A DNA stretch of 64,000 nt, from assembly GCF_009914755.1 (NCBI RefSeq), contig NC_060936.1; one strand, 5' to 3'. The stretch comes from the human T2T-CHM13v2.0 reference genome, Homo sapiens. The notes beneath the pieces were generated by a model that saw nothing but the letters and a program-made list of their open reading frames with translations, was not told the origin of the DNA and made no database searches. The position numbers were made by a program, and so were the translations under genes. Positions 13,558-30,544 of the stretch are shown one piece after another (the first letter of the stretch is position 1; the number at the start of each line of letters is the position of its first letter).

Positions 13558-14983
13558 TGAGAGGTGACAGCGTGCTAGCAGTCCTCACAGCCCTCGCTCG
13601 CTCTCGGCGCCTCCTCTGCCTGGGCTCCCACTTTGGCGGCACTTGAGGAGCCCTTCAGCCCGCCGCTGCACTGGGGGAGCCCCTTTCTGGGCTGGCCAAG
13701 GCTGGAGCCGGCTCCCTCAGCTTGCAGGGAGGGGTGGAGAGAGAGGCGCGAGCGGGAACCGGGGCTGCGTGCGGCGCTTGCGGGCCAGCTGGAGTTCCGG
13801 GTGGGCGTGGGCTTGGCGGGCCCGGCACTCGGAGCAGCCGGCCAGCCCTGCCGGCCCCGGGCAATGAGGGGCTTAGCACCCGGGCCAGCAGCTGCGGAGG
13901 GTGTACTGGGTCCCCCAGCAGTGCCAGCCCACCGGCGCTGCTCTCGATTTCTCACCGGGCCTTAGCTGCCTTCCCGCGGGACAGGGCTCGGGACCTGCAG
14001 CCCGCCATGCTTGAGCCTCCCACCCCCTCCATGGGCTCCTGTGCGGCCTGAGCCTCCCCGATGAGCGCCGCCCCCTGCTCCACGGCACCCAGTCCCATCA
14101 ACCACCCAAGGGCTGAGGAGTGTGGGCACACGGCACGGGACTGGCAGGCAGCTCCACCTGCAGCCCCGGTGCGGGATCCACTGGGTGAAGCCAGCTGGGC
14201 TCCTGAGTAGGGTGGGGACGTGGAGAACCTTTATGTCTAGCTCAGGGATTGTAAATACACCAATTGGCACTCTGTGTCTAGCTCAAGGTTTGTAAACACA
14301 CCAATCAGCACCCTGTGTCTAGCTCAGGGTTTGTGAACGCACCAATTGACACTCTGTAGCTACTCTGGTGGGGACTTGGAGAACCTTTGTGTGGACACTC
14401 TGTATCTAGCTAATCTGGTGGGGAAGTGGAGAACCTTTGTGTCTAGCTCAGGGATTGTAAAGGCACCAATCAGCGCCCTGTCAAAACAGACCACTGGGCT
14501 CTACCAATCAGCAGGATGTGGGTGGGGCCAGAAAAGAGAATAAAAGCAGGCTGCCCGAGCCAGCAGGGGCAACCCGCTCGGGTCACCTTCCACACTGTGG
14601 GAGCTTTGTTCTTTCGCTCTTTGCAATAGCTCTTGCTACTGCTCACTCTTTGGGTCCACACTGCTTTTATGAGCTGTAACGCTCACCGTGAAGGTCTGCA
14701 GCTTCACTCCTGAAGCCAGCGAGACCACGAGCCCACCGGGAGGAAGGAACAACTCCAGACGCGCTACATTAGGAGCTCTAACACTAACAGCGAAAGTCTG
14801 CAGCTTCACTCCTGAGCTAGCAAGACCACGAACCCACCAGAAGGAAGAAACGCCGAACACATCCGAACATCGGAAGGAACAAACTCCAGACGCGCCACCT
14901 TAAGAGCTGTAACACTCACCGCGAGGGTCCGCGGCTTCATTCTTGAAGTCAGTGAGACCAAGAACCCACCAATTCCGGACACA
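13558..14983 (+). mobile_element. Solo LTR12C (ERV9 LTR), full length
   Basis: Begins TGAGAGGTGACAGCGTG and ends CCAATTCCGGACACA. 4-bp TSD CTTT at 13554-13557 and 14984-14987. CpG-rich U3, 41-bp CCAAT repeats, U5 repeats. Confidence 0.95.
14234..14545 (+). promoter_or_regulatory. LTR12 enhancer/promoter: tandem ~41-bp repeats with NF-Y CCAAT boxes, GT/GC box and AATAAAA TATA-like element
   Basis: CCAAT at 14260, 14301, 14342, 14466, 14504; GGGTGGGG at ~14520; AATAAAA at 14539-14545. Confidence 0.85.
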
Positions 14984-15395
14984 CTTTGACTCTTTCAGCC
15001 ATCTGTGTGGTAGCATTTGCTGAAACATGGCAGCCAGGCTTGAGAGGAACTGCCAGGTGAATCCACTTCCCTTTCCTCCTCAGCTTTCCCCAGTGGGGCT
15101 GGAAGGCATGGCCCTTTCAGCCAGCGCTCATGGCAGAGCAGGATTAACCTCCCTTATCAAAACCGGGGAAGGAGGCAGAGCTTTTCCGGTAAACCTCCTC
15201 CCTCTTTGCCACACATTTCCTATGGAAAGACTGTCACGGGGAAGGAGGAGCTGTTATAATGAGATCATGAAGTCAGAGAAGCCATGGTTGTTCTGGATAG
15301 TGTTGGTGTGGGAGTAGCTATCTCAAGTGCCTTGAGGTGAGACCTTTAGAATTCTCAGTTTGGGGTCCATGGGAAGGGTCTCCAGAAAACTCTCA

Positions 15396-16335
<940 letters not shown>

Positions 16336-17710
16336 TATTTTGTAGCTGTCACCATATTCTCAAAGTTATCCAAGGGCCAAAAGAGGCTAAGATTTGCCCA
16401 GAATGAGCTACAGATAATGTGCTAAGCTGAAGGAAACCTAATAATTATGTAGTGGCTTTGTGACCACTGCCTGAGATGCCCTTGAAAAAGCCTAATTATT
16501 TGGCTTAAGCATCTGACTTTCTCTTCTCACTTTCTTTTTTCTTCATCTGACTGCCTTGGTTTATTCTCTATCATATTTCACCTGTCTCCTTCCTTCATTT
16601 GGAGCTGTCTTCTTTCTTGTCCTTCTCCATAACTCTCTTTTTCTTTCTCTAATGCAATAGATAACCAGAGGAGTTTGGCTTATAGTGGTGAAGTGGTCAG
16701 GTAGGTGAGAACATCTTCGATTGATTCCTCTTTCATCTTTTCCCACCATTCTAAATAGTGAATATAAGATATTAGAATTAAATAGGTAAAGTCATTTTGA
16801 AAGAGTCTGCATAGTTTCCTCTCAAGCCATGTAACATCTGACTATAATATATTATAAAGCACAGTGATGAACACCCCAGAAGGATAATGCTAACATCCTT
16901 CAGAAATTAATGGGAAATACTATGAATACTGTGAATAAATAGCCATAAAGGCTGGTTAAATCTTGTTACTTAAAGAACTATTTAAAAAATAATGCTACTT
17001 AATATAACCAAAGTGAATCTCATTTTTCTGAAAATCAAATAATTATGCACAGCAAGGGCAAACATCTTGGCTTTTGCTAACTACAGAATTTTTTGACAAA
17101 ATAGCTTTTTATGTTTTCAGAGTGCTGGTTGTTTTAAAGTTGTTTCCAAGATTGCATGCCCAAAGATCATCATCTTTAATTTCTTTTTTTTTTTTAGTGG
17201 TTTCAACTGAAAGATCAGTTTTCAATCTTTCACATTTTAAAAAATGATGTAATGCTTCCTTGATTATTTCAGCAGAACATAGAATAACACAGTTTAGAGT
17301 TCTCAGATACTTCCTTTTTAATCTTCTTTAGGAACATATTTCATAACGAGTTCTGGCCTAAAATGTGATCCTGGTTTTCATCAGATTTCAAAAGTTCTAT
17401 TCTCAGCTAAAATGAGGTAGAAAGTCAAATGACTTTTGGCTTTTTAATTTAGTGTTCGTGGTTTCACACAGTTTTATATGTTTGAGGACAAGATTTCATT
17501 TTGAGGAGAAGGGTTTAAAGCCCCAGTAATCCAACACAGCCCTGTGAGTTGCACTGTCTCAAATGGAGGCTATAATATTTTTATGTTTTTTAGAAAGATT
17601 GATGAAGACCATGGTTCTTATGGATAAATCCATCAATGTATTTGGGACAAAATTGGTCTTTAAAACATATAAATGTTATTTTGCTCCCTATTTAAAACTC
17701 CAAAGATGCC

Positions 17711-18208
17711 TGTATCACTTGTCTATCACTGCACAACACACCACCACTGTTTTTATGTTTTTAGAACACAAAACTATTTTCTCACAATTCTGTGGGTTGG
17801 GCTCAGCTAGGTGGTTGGTCTGCTGGTCTCCCCTGGTCACTCTTGTGACTATAGTCATCTCAAGTTTGACTGAGGTTGGGTGGACTAGACAGCCTCCCAG
17901 GGAGCTGATGCTATTTGTTGATCATGGTGCTCTGGTTCTCCTCCAAATGGCACTCATGCCCTAATTGGCTAGACTAATTTTATTTTTTTACATGATGGAC
18001 TCAGAGCAGCATTGTAAGGAGAGATGAAAGCTGCAGGGCCTCAATGTCACTTCTTCCACATTCTCTTGGTTACAGGCCAGACCTAGTTCAAGGAGAAGAA
18101 AAACGGACTTTACCTCTTGACTAGAGGAGCCTCAAAGTCACATTGCAAAGGAGCATCCATACAGAGACACGAAGATTGTTTGGCCATCTTTGCAAACCAT
18201 CTACCATA
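17711..18208 (-). mobile_element. MLT1 (MaLR) solo LTR
   Basis: CTCACAATTCTGTGGGTTGGGCTCAGCT...CAAAGTCACATTGCAAAGG motifs. Confidence 0.65.
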
Positions 18209-18547
18209 GCTCTTCCTCACAGGTAGAACAGAAAACAAAGATTTACTATGGCCTACAAGTCCGCACATCACCTGATGCCTGCCTTCCTTTTCAATCTTGT
18301 ATTGTTCTACTCATCCTTTTTTTTCACAGGCCTTCTTTCTGTTATTCAAACTTGCCCACCTTGCAGTTCCCTCTGTCTAAAGTGCTCCTTCCTTAAATCT
18401 TGGCTCCTTCTCAACATTCAGTTCTCAGTTCAATGTCATTTCCTCAGAATGTTTAAAGTTGCCTCTTCAACTTTCTTAGCTTCTTTTTGTTTTATTACTG
18501 TATGTACTTTTATCTATTTTATTTATCACTCTGAAATTACCTTATTA

Positions 18548-19243
18548 TTTATTTACTTATTTATCTTTAAATTTTAATAGGTTTTTGGGGGAACAGTTGG
18601 TTTTTGGTTACATGGATGTGTTCTTTAGTGGTGATTTCTGAGATTTTAGTGCACCCATCACCCAAGCAGTGTACACTGTACCCAACGTGTAGTCTTTTAT
18701 CACTCACCCACCTCCCAACTTTTCCCTTCAGTCCCTAAAGCCCATTGTATCATTCTTTATTATTATTATTGCTGTTATTTGAGATAGAGTCCCACTCTGT
18801 GGCCAGGCTGGAGTGCAGTGGCGCGATCTTGGCTCACTGCAACCTCTGCCTCCTGGGTTGAAGTGATTCTCCTGCCTCAGCCTCCCAAGTAGCTGGGACT
18901 ACAAGCATGCGTCACCATGCCCAGCTAATTTTTGTATTTTTAGTAAAGACGGGGTTTCACCATGTTGGCCAGGATGGTCTCGATCTCTTGAGCTCATGAT
19001 CCGCCCGCCTGGGCCTCCCAAAGTGCTGTGATTTCAAGCGTGAGCCACTGCGCCTGGCCATTGTATTATTCTTATGCCTTTGCGTCCTCACAGCTTAGCT
19101 CCCACTAATAAATGAGAACATTCGATGTTTGGTTTTCCATTCCTGAGTTACTTCGCTTAGAATAATGGTCTCTGATTCCATCCAGGTTGCTGTGAATGCC
19201 ATTATTTATTTCATTCCCTTTTATGGCTGAGTAGAAATTCCAT

Positions 19244-19278
<35 letters not shown>

Positions 19279-19380
19279 CACATTTTCTTTATCTACACAT
19301 TGATTGATGGGCATTTGAGCTGGTTCCATATTTTTGTGATTGCAAATTTTGCTGCTATAAACCTGCAGTGCAAGTGTCTT
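18548..19380 (-). mobile_element. L1PB 3' end with nested Alu and (TG)n at ~19245-19276
   Basis: TTTTTGGGGGAACAG...GGTTACATGGAT L1PB 3' UTR motifs; TSD TGAAATT(A/G)CCTTATTA at 18532-18547 and 19381-19396. Confidence 0.8.
18758..19059 (-). mobile_element. AluSc-like
   Basis: Full antisense dimer; TSD CATTGTAT(C/T)ATTCTT. Confidence 0.88.
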
Positions 19381-19935
19381 TGAAATTGCCTTATTAAAAA
19401 TATGCTTATTGCTTATTTTCCTACTAGGATATGAGTTCTATGAAAGCTAGGGCTTTGTCTGTTTTGTTTATTTTTTCTATGTGCAGGGACTAAAATAGGC
19501 CTATAATAATTGTTCTCAACATTAACTACACTTTGGAACCACTCAGAGGGTGCACCCAGGCTGCACTCCAGAAAACTGGTGGTGCCAAGTGATCTCAAAG
19601 TGCAGCTAAGGTTAAGAACCACTGGCCTTGCCTGAAAAACTTTATAGAAGAGATAGAAATAGGACTAAGTCTTAGAGAGAATGTAAGATTTCAACAGGTG
19701 GAGGAAAGGCGGCCTTCCTGTCAGGGTGGGCATAGGAGAAACAAAGAGGATAGGAAACGGAAGTTGCACAATGAACAATGCCAAGACAAGCCCTGTAAAC
19801 TTGATTTAGTGAGCAGTTGCTACCTCGATTATTCTTCCTGAATTTTCCAAGCAAGCTCTGATTTGAAATATTTTATTTCATTTTCCACTTAAACCAACAA
19901 AACATCTTTTAACATTTCAGCATCCAAACTTCATT

Positions 19936-20236
<301 letters not shown>

Positions 20237-22181
20237 CCCAAACTCCATTTTAAATGCCTGGAGGAAGCCACACTAGATTTTGTTAAATTGATCAATGTTA
20301 GTGTTTACCCAGAACAATTTAATTCAAAAGAGTAAGGCCACCCTTTTCTTATAGCCGTGACACTACTGAGCCATCATCAGGGGTTGTGACTTGCTTCTTT
20401 CTTCCAAATGTCTCTCAGATCTACCTGTGACTTTCTATCCCCATTACCATGAGCCATTTCCACTTTACTGGATAAATGTACCAGCCTGGCTGAGGTTTCC
20501 AGCTCTTTCCTCTTCCTGTCTCCAATCTCCAATCTGTTCTAACAGATCAATTATAAGACACCACTTTCGTCGCTTCTATGCCCTCCTTAAGAACCTAGAG
20601 AGGCTTCCTCCAGGCATTTCCCATATTAGGGAATATATTTTCTGAAGAAAAATACAGGAATTATCACCTGATGCATGCAGTTTATTTGGTAGAAAAAACT
20701 TTGAAAACTTGGATTTATGTGTAGGAGGTATGGGAGCAAAAAGGGGAGTACCTAGTGGTGAGAAATTTGGGGACAACTACTCTAAACAGCTGCCTAAGAG
20801 GATCTTGATTAGAGCAGTTGGTTAATTACTGAGAAATTCCAGGAAAAAAAAAACTGCATTCTAAATAAACGTTTATCAGCACATAACATTTGACTAGTCT
20901 GTTCAAAGGTTCCTGTTGCAACTCATTCTGGCAGCACTTGTGTAAAACCAAGGTAGAGCAGTAAGTGACAAAGGTTTTATTTATCTCCTGTTATTATCTG
21001 TTGACTTTTAAAGGGCTCAGTAATGAACAGCTGCAGATTAGCTAACCCATGGGAAAGGGTGAAGCAATGTCTTGTGAGGCCCAAGGTTCCCGTCAGCCCC
21101 TTTGGAGCCCTCCAAGCCAGTCAAGGTCATGGGCTTATACTGAGAGAGAACACCTCAACGGACCCTTTTATTGTAGAGCTATGTGAATGAGGCTCAAAGA
21201 GTGGAAGGAATGTATTCAAAGCCACACCATTAGATAAGAATCTGGCCAACGTAAAATGAAACTACTAATTTGAGAGAGTTCACATTAATTGTGCTCTGAT
21301 CAAACTAGACACTTTCTGTATATTATATCCTCTCTTCAGTACTGCAGTCTTGTGATATAGGTATTATTTTTCCCATTTTATATTCAAGAGACCTGAGACT
21401 CACAGAGGCCAAATATTAATATCTCACCCAACGTCCCAAGTAAATGGCAGAGCTGGGATTCCAATTTAATATCTTTGACTATAAAAACCTTTGATCACAT
21501 TTTCTGAATTATAGTGTCTCCAAATGGAAGAAATTTCTTTCTGTATAAGCCTCATAGTTCCTGTTCTTTGGAATTTATAAACGATGGTGATGATGATAAT
21601 AATAATAATAACTTATATTTGCTTGGTGTCTACCAGTAATAGCAGGCATTATCGTAGCTTCTGGGAATACATAAGTGAATAGAAGAAAGAAAAATTCCTG
21701 AACATAATATATAAGCAATTTCTGTAGTTTTTTTTTTAAAGGGTGGTAAGTGTGATGAGGAAAATAAATAGGGCAAGATAAAGGGGAATGAAAATATTTG
21801 AGCATGTGGCAAGTTCAAAAAGGAGAATCAGGGAAGGCTTCACTAAGAAGGTGATACTGGAGCAAAGACCTGAAGGACGTAAAGATGCAGATATCTGGAG
21901 TGAAATCTTTGAGGCAGACAGAAGAGGATGTGCAAAGGCCCGGAGGTGGAAACATGCCCTGTGGATTTGAGGACCTCGAGATGATTGCTGTGACTAGAAT
22001 GATTACAGTGAAAGGGAGAATGGTGGGACATGAGGTCAGGCAAAATGGGAGCCAGATTGTGTGGGGCCTTGTAAGCTATGGTAAAGATGTTGGCTCTTAA
22101 TTCTTTGTGAAAGGAGGGAATCCTTTGCAGGGTGTTTGGCAGGGTAGAGACAAGATCTGGCTTCCAAATTAAAAATATTCC

Positions 22182-22528
<347 letters not shown>

Positions 22529-22598
22529 TCCTCTGGCTGCTGTGTTGAGGAAAGTCAAGGGTGAGAAGGACAGTGAGACCACATAGAAATCTACTTCA

Positions 22599-22930
<332 letters not shown>

Positions 22931-25556
22931 AGTCTGGATGGGAGATGATGATGGCTTAGATTAGGGTGATAGCAATGCAGGTGGAGTAAAGTGACTGGGT
23001 TCTGGGTAAGATTTGCTGTGGGATTTGAGAGAAAGAGAGGAATCAAGGATACCTACAGCTTTCCTGCTGGTTATCTACCTCTCTCCTTGCACTGAATCCT
23101 CTAAATAACAATGCCACAGAGGATTTATGTGTTCAAGAGCCTTCACAGTGTGTGTGTGACAGATGGCAAAGCATTTTACAGTAAACTATTTCATCAAAAC
23201 AATCTTTTCATGTCATAGTGTTGTGAATTCTAAGTAGTAAGAATCAGAATACAGTGCCATTATCTCTCTGCTTGATCCATGATCCGAGTCACTTAACCTC
23301 TCTGAACCTCCATTTATTTTTCTGTAAAATGGGGATCGCTCTTCTGCTGCCTCAATTGTGAGGGAATGTGAACTCTATGAGAGTAGTGACTGTTGGAATG
23401 TTGCTGTACCCAGGCATTTCCAAATGTGCCCAACACATAGTAGGTTCTCAATAAATAGTTGCTGAGTGACTGAATGAGAAAGACCTTTGGGGAAAATACA
23501 TAAATCTATGTGAGGTTAATTATTAGTGAACTAAGGTAACTGCTGAGACAAGGAGCTTTTGGGGAGGCCTGAATTAACAGGATAATTACTTTGCTTTGAC
23601 TCTGCCTGTCATTTCTAGTTGTTCATATAATGGAATAATGAGGACATCCCCTCAGAGTTTCTAGCTCTGGTGCTTATAAGCATTTTCAGAAGCCAACAGC
23701 ACCTGGACAACTTATATAAGAACAGCTTTGATGAACACCCTTTTTGAAATTAAGAACATCTGCTCCTTTTTTAGTCTCATTAGAGAGTTTCTGTGCACCA
23801 TGAATCTGTTCGCTAGTGAAGTTGACAATACAAATGTACAAGGTACACAAAGCCAGAGGGAATTTAATTCTAATCTCAAGTCAGGGAATGTGAATCCTGT
23901 AACAGTGACTGTATTGGATTACTGCTGTACCACGGCACTTAAAAAGGTGCCTGACACATAGTGGTTCTCAATAAATAGTTGTTGAATGGCTAAATTAATG
24001 AGAATGTACTTGAAGACTTTTGGGGAAAATACATAAATCTATGTTAGGTTTATGTATGTTAATACATGAAAACACTTAGAATGCCTGGCTATAGAAAATA
24101 CTTAAGAAGCACTAGCTATTCTTATTACCTGTAAATTCTCTCCTTCCTTCCTTCTTCCTCCTTTCCTCCCTCTATTCCTTCTTCCCTTTCCTTCCTTCCT
24201 TCCTTCCTTCTTTCCTTCCTTCTTCATTAATCCATTTGTTTTACAAATGTTTTCTGACACCTGTTTTGTGGCAGGTGCGGGGGGAAATGAAGGTGAATGA
24301 GACATTGCCTCTGCTCATGAGATATTCACATGAAGCCAATTAGAAAACAATTTGGAAGTGGCATTTGATCAACCTATCTCTTTCCTGACATATTAATGTA
24401 ACATAAATGCTTGAGTGGGTAGCCTTACGTTCCCCAGACTTTTGAGGTCCCTTCTCTCATCATAATGAAATAAAATGACTGAAGCCTCCATTGTATGCAC
24501 TGTGGGGAACCCAGCACCCTGCCTTAAGCTTTCTGAGTGGTCACTTCTTACTCCAGTTTCTTTCCTGCTCTGTTTGTCATTTTGCCTCCTACCTTCTCTG
24601 TGCTCTCTCTGAATGGATTTACCACAAGAAACCCCAAATCACACCAACGCAAAGCGACAATGGATAAGAGATATTTTCCTGTGTGTTTTGTGTGGCTAAT
24701 GGGAGGTGAAGTATGTGATTTAAACACAGAATTGGAAAACAACTGCAGTGTCAGACTTTGGTATTCCTTGAAATGTTCTAGCCATTTTCCTCAATTCCCC
24801 CATTAGAGATGTTCCTCTTTAGACTTCAGCTTGTTGCTCTCTAAATGGGACTCTCTTTTACTCCTTATAATGTTCTTTTATGACCCCTCCTGCTCTTTCT
24901 AGAAACTGGGGTGTGGGTGGGGGTGCAAGTGTTGAAACAGGAAGACCAGAAATAAGGCTGTGGCAGAAATCTAGGCTACCGATGATGGTGATTTGGACCA
25001 TCGTGAGTGGAAGTGGTGAGAAATGGGCAGGTAGATTTGGAATTGTTTTAAAGGTAGAGTTGACAGGTTTGCTGATAGATTAGATATGGGGTTTTAGAGA
25101 AATAAAGTCAAGGACGGCTCCAAGATTCTTGGCCTGAGCAACAGGAAGAAGAGAATTAGTAAAAGTAATACATGTTTAATGCAGAGTATCTGGAAAATAT
25201 CTGAAATATATGTAAGGAAACAGGAATTGCTCACAATTGCTATAATCTAATGATCATCTTTGTTAACATTTTGGTGTGTTTCTATCTGGTCATTATTTTC
25301 TTCCTTGTTAATTGTTCCAGGATGTGTGTGTATGTAGCAGGGGGTATGTGTGTGTGTGTACAATATGCATATTTTATACATATACATACTCAAACTTATA
25401 TATTTATCATGCATTAAGACAAAATGTAACACAATGAAAATATCTCTGAGCTATTGATACCCAACATTTTTCTGTTAGCAAGCAGGATATGGAGACACAC
25501 TTCTCTGTAACATTATTTTCTAACATTCTGTTATTCTGTCATTAAAATGTTCTAGA

Positions 25557-25870
<314 letters not shown>

Positions 25871-26440
25871 TTAATAATGCATAATATACCATAGCATAGC
25901 TGTGACATTTAACGCCTTTAACTATTTCTCTATTTTTGGACATCTGGGCACTTTCCATTTTTGTACTATTAAAGATAATGCTGCAATCTTTGTATGTAAA
26001 TATTTGTGTATGTCTCTGATTATTTCCTCATGAGAGGAAAAGCTGAATGGAAAATCACCAGGTCAACATTTTTTAAACAATTCTGATCATTCCTCAGGAT
26101 TATACCTAACACATGGTGGTGATAAGCTAAGACTTTAAAGTCCCCAGCAGTGAAAATTTAAACACTCACTTATTCAGTTTCTCACCATGCTTTTAAAACT
26201 GGTGCCTACTTCTCTTCCAACTTTGATTAAAGTATTAATTAAAAAGCTATTATTAATCTGTGTTAATGAGCATGAAGAGCATTTGAAAGTCATGTAGAAG
26301 CTGATGATTATGAAATATCCAACACAGTGCCCTTTATTTCATAACAGAAGAATTTTCTTTTTGATCAACGCTATGTCGATTTCTTTCACTTGTAGACCTC
26401 TGTTTAGCAGGGCATGGTGCTGGACCCAATATTAGATATT

Positions 26441-26852
<412 letters not shown>

Positions 26853-27483
26853 AATTTTTCTAAAACTACAAACCAAATCTAAAAATAATGAGTGTTTTTC
26901 TAAACTGATGGCTTCTCCAGCTGCTAACTAAGGATATTATTTAGGATGATGATAAACAACTGAGACCTAGTAAAACAATTGGGGAAATTCAGATGTGCAG
27001 GCAAGAGAAAACATGAGAACAAAGTTAGATCTCTGGCTCTGAGGCAGACTTAGGCTTCCGCAGTCCTCACTGCATTGTTTGGTTTCTGATTTGGCTTGGC
27101 AGAGGTGCAACAAGTGTGGTTATATTATTCACATTTAATATAGTTAAGTTCATTTGTTACTGTTTGTATTTCATTTTCTGTTCCCCTTCCTCTCTGCCCC
27201 CATGGACACACTCATCTTAGTTGGTGTTAACTGACTTTATTTTTTGACATGTGAAACATTACATTGATTCTAGAGTCAAGGCTGTCCAAAAGGTATATTC
27301 AGAGAAGTGCCCCTGCAGCAGCCCCACCCCCATCCCTACCACCCAATTCCTCTTTCTCCACCTTCTCTACTTCATTCCCACTTACTCCTTGCAGGTAATA
27401 ATCTCATTAGTTTCTGGATTATCCTTCCTGCATTTCTTCTGTGCTAAGGAGCAGAAAGAGGTATATTTTCTTACAGAACCTTC

Positions 27484-27767
27484 TTTTTTTTTTTTTTGAG
27501 ACAGTCTTGCTCTGTTGCCCAGCCTGGAGTGCAATGGCACAATCTCAGCTAACTGCAGCCTCCACCTCCCTGGTTCAAATGATTCTCTTGCTTCAGTCCC
27601 CTGAGTAGCTGGGACTACAGGTGTCCACCACCACACCTGGCTAATTTTTGTATTTTTAGTAGAGACAGGGTTTCACCATGTTGGCCAGGCTGGTCTTGAA
27701 CTCCTGACCTCAAGCGATCCACCCACCTCAGCCTCCTAAAGTGCTGGGATTACAGGCCAGCTTGGCT
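27484..27767 (-). mobile_element. AluS in old antisense L1
   Basis: TSD AGAACCTTCTTT at 27475-27486 and 27769-27780. Confidence 0.88.
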
Positions 27768-27789
27768 TAGAACCTTCTTTCTTACTTGA

Positions 27790-28221
<432 letters not shown>

Positions 28222-29323
28222 TCCCATTCTTTTTTTACAGCAGCATAATACTCCCTTGTGTAGATACATTATAGTTTATCCAACCAGGGTCCTAAATATG
28301 GGTGTTTAGGTTGTTCAATATTTTTCAGTTAAAACAATGATGCAGTAAATAACTATATATATATATATATTATATATATACACACACACATATATATACA
28401 TATATATAGAGAGACACACACACATGTTGGAGATACATGTTGGAAATGTATCTTCAGTGGGATCGCTGGTTCAAAAGGTAAGTGCAAATGTAGTTTTGTA
28501 ATGCACTGCCAAATTTCCTTCCAGGATTGTTTTACCAGTGTGCATTCCCACCAACAATGCATAAGGGTGCCTGTTTCCCCATAGTCTTGCCAACAGAAAG
28601 TGCGGTCATACTCTTTCATTTTTGTCATCTGAGAAATGGTACCTCTTCAAACTCTGACTTCTGTCCCCTCGATTTGGCAAGATTGCCAAGTGAGTTCTGT
28701 TTGGATAACCCTTCATGCACTGGGGTCTGGAAACTGCCTCCAGGAAGTAAGATGGGGCAATCGCAAAGCTTACCTCATTTGTTTCACTTTTCTCAGGGAT
28801 GATAGCCCTAAGTCCTATTACCCAATGTCTAAAAGCCATCATTTCACGTATTTTATCTAGTTTTCTGGTTGCTTAAGGAAAGAGCATAAAGCCTTTCCCT
28901 GTTACTCAGTCATGGTTAGAAGTGGAAGCTGGTTCAACATTCATCTAAGATTTCCAGACAGAGAGAGGAAAGAATCAAAGATTAGCAAAGCAATAGAAAA
29001 ACATTCTAGAGCTAAATAGAGATATATTCTTAGATTGAAAGGACCCAGAAAATTCCAAGCAGAATGAATGCAACAAAAATCCACCTGGTTAAAATTCTGA
29101 ACTCTATAATGAAAAAAGAAAACAAAATAGAGAATGTCTACAGAGGAAAAGAAAAGAGAAAGGGAAGCTTTCTCTACAAATGGAAGAGAAGTTGAGTAGT
29201 AACAGACTTCTTGTTGGTGGAGCACTAAAATACAGTGAGCCAAATTCTCAAAAGCCTGAGGGAATTTGATTTGGAACCTAAAATTCTGTAACCAGGCAAA
29301 TTAGAATATGACTGGTAGTAGGA

Positions 29324-29629
29324 TTTTTTTTTTTTTTTTTTTTTTTTTGAGACGGAGTCTTGCTCTGTCGCCCAGGCTGGAGTGCAGTGGCCGAATCTTG
29401 GCTCACTGCAAGCTCCGCCTCCCGGGTTCACGCCATTCTTCTGCCTCAACCTCCTGAGTAGCTGGGACTATAGGCGCCTGCCACTATGCCCGGCTAATTT
29501 TTTGTATTTTTAGTAGAGACGGGGTTTCACCGTGTTAGCCAGGATGGTCTCGATCTCCTGACCTCATGATCCGCCCACCTCGGCCTCCCAAAGTGCAGGG
29601 ATTACAGGCGTGAGCCACCGTGCCCAGCC
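29324..29629 (-). mobile_element. AluY
   Basis: CTGCAAGCTCCGCC, CGTGTTAGCCAGGATGG diagnostics; TSD AGGATTTT. Confidence 0.92.
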
Positions 29630-29695
29630 AGGATTTTAAGAGAATATTGTGCAACAATATTCTCTTAACAGCAACAAATTTGAAAATAAAGTTGA

Positions 29696-30017
<322 letters not shown>

Positions 30018-30241
30018 TTGAACTGGATAATTTTCATGGAAAACACAAATTACCAAAATTGACTGAAGAAGATACAGAAAAATTGAATAGACCTACATTC
30101 ATAGAGGTAATTGAAAATTAATTTCAAAACACACCTATTAAAGAGACACTACGGCCAGAAGCATCTATAGGAGAGTTTTATTGAATTTCAAGGAACAGAT
30201 GAGAAACTATGGAAAGCTTTGTAACTCATTTGAAGAGGCTA

Positions 30242-30544
<303 letters not shown>

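Noticed and set aside
14234-14480. Regularly spaced repeats resembling a CRISPR array
   Set aside because: These are ERV9 LTR enhancer repeats in human DNA, with no unique spacers and no cas genes.
13575-14903. Dense overlapping GC-rich ORFs and CpG-island-like composition
   Set aside because: Entirely inside LTR12C. GC richness suppresses stops; not a host gene or host CpG island.
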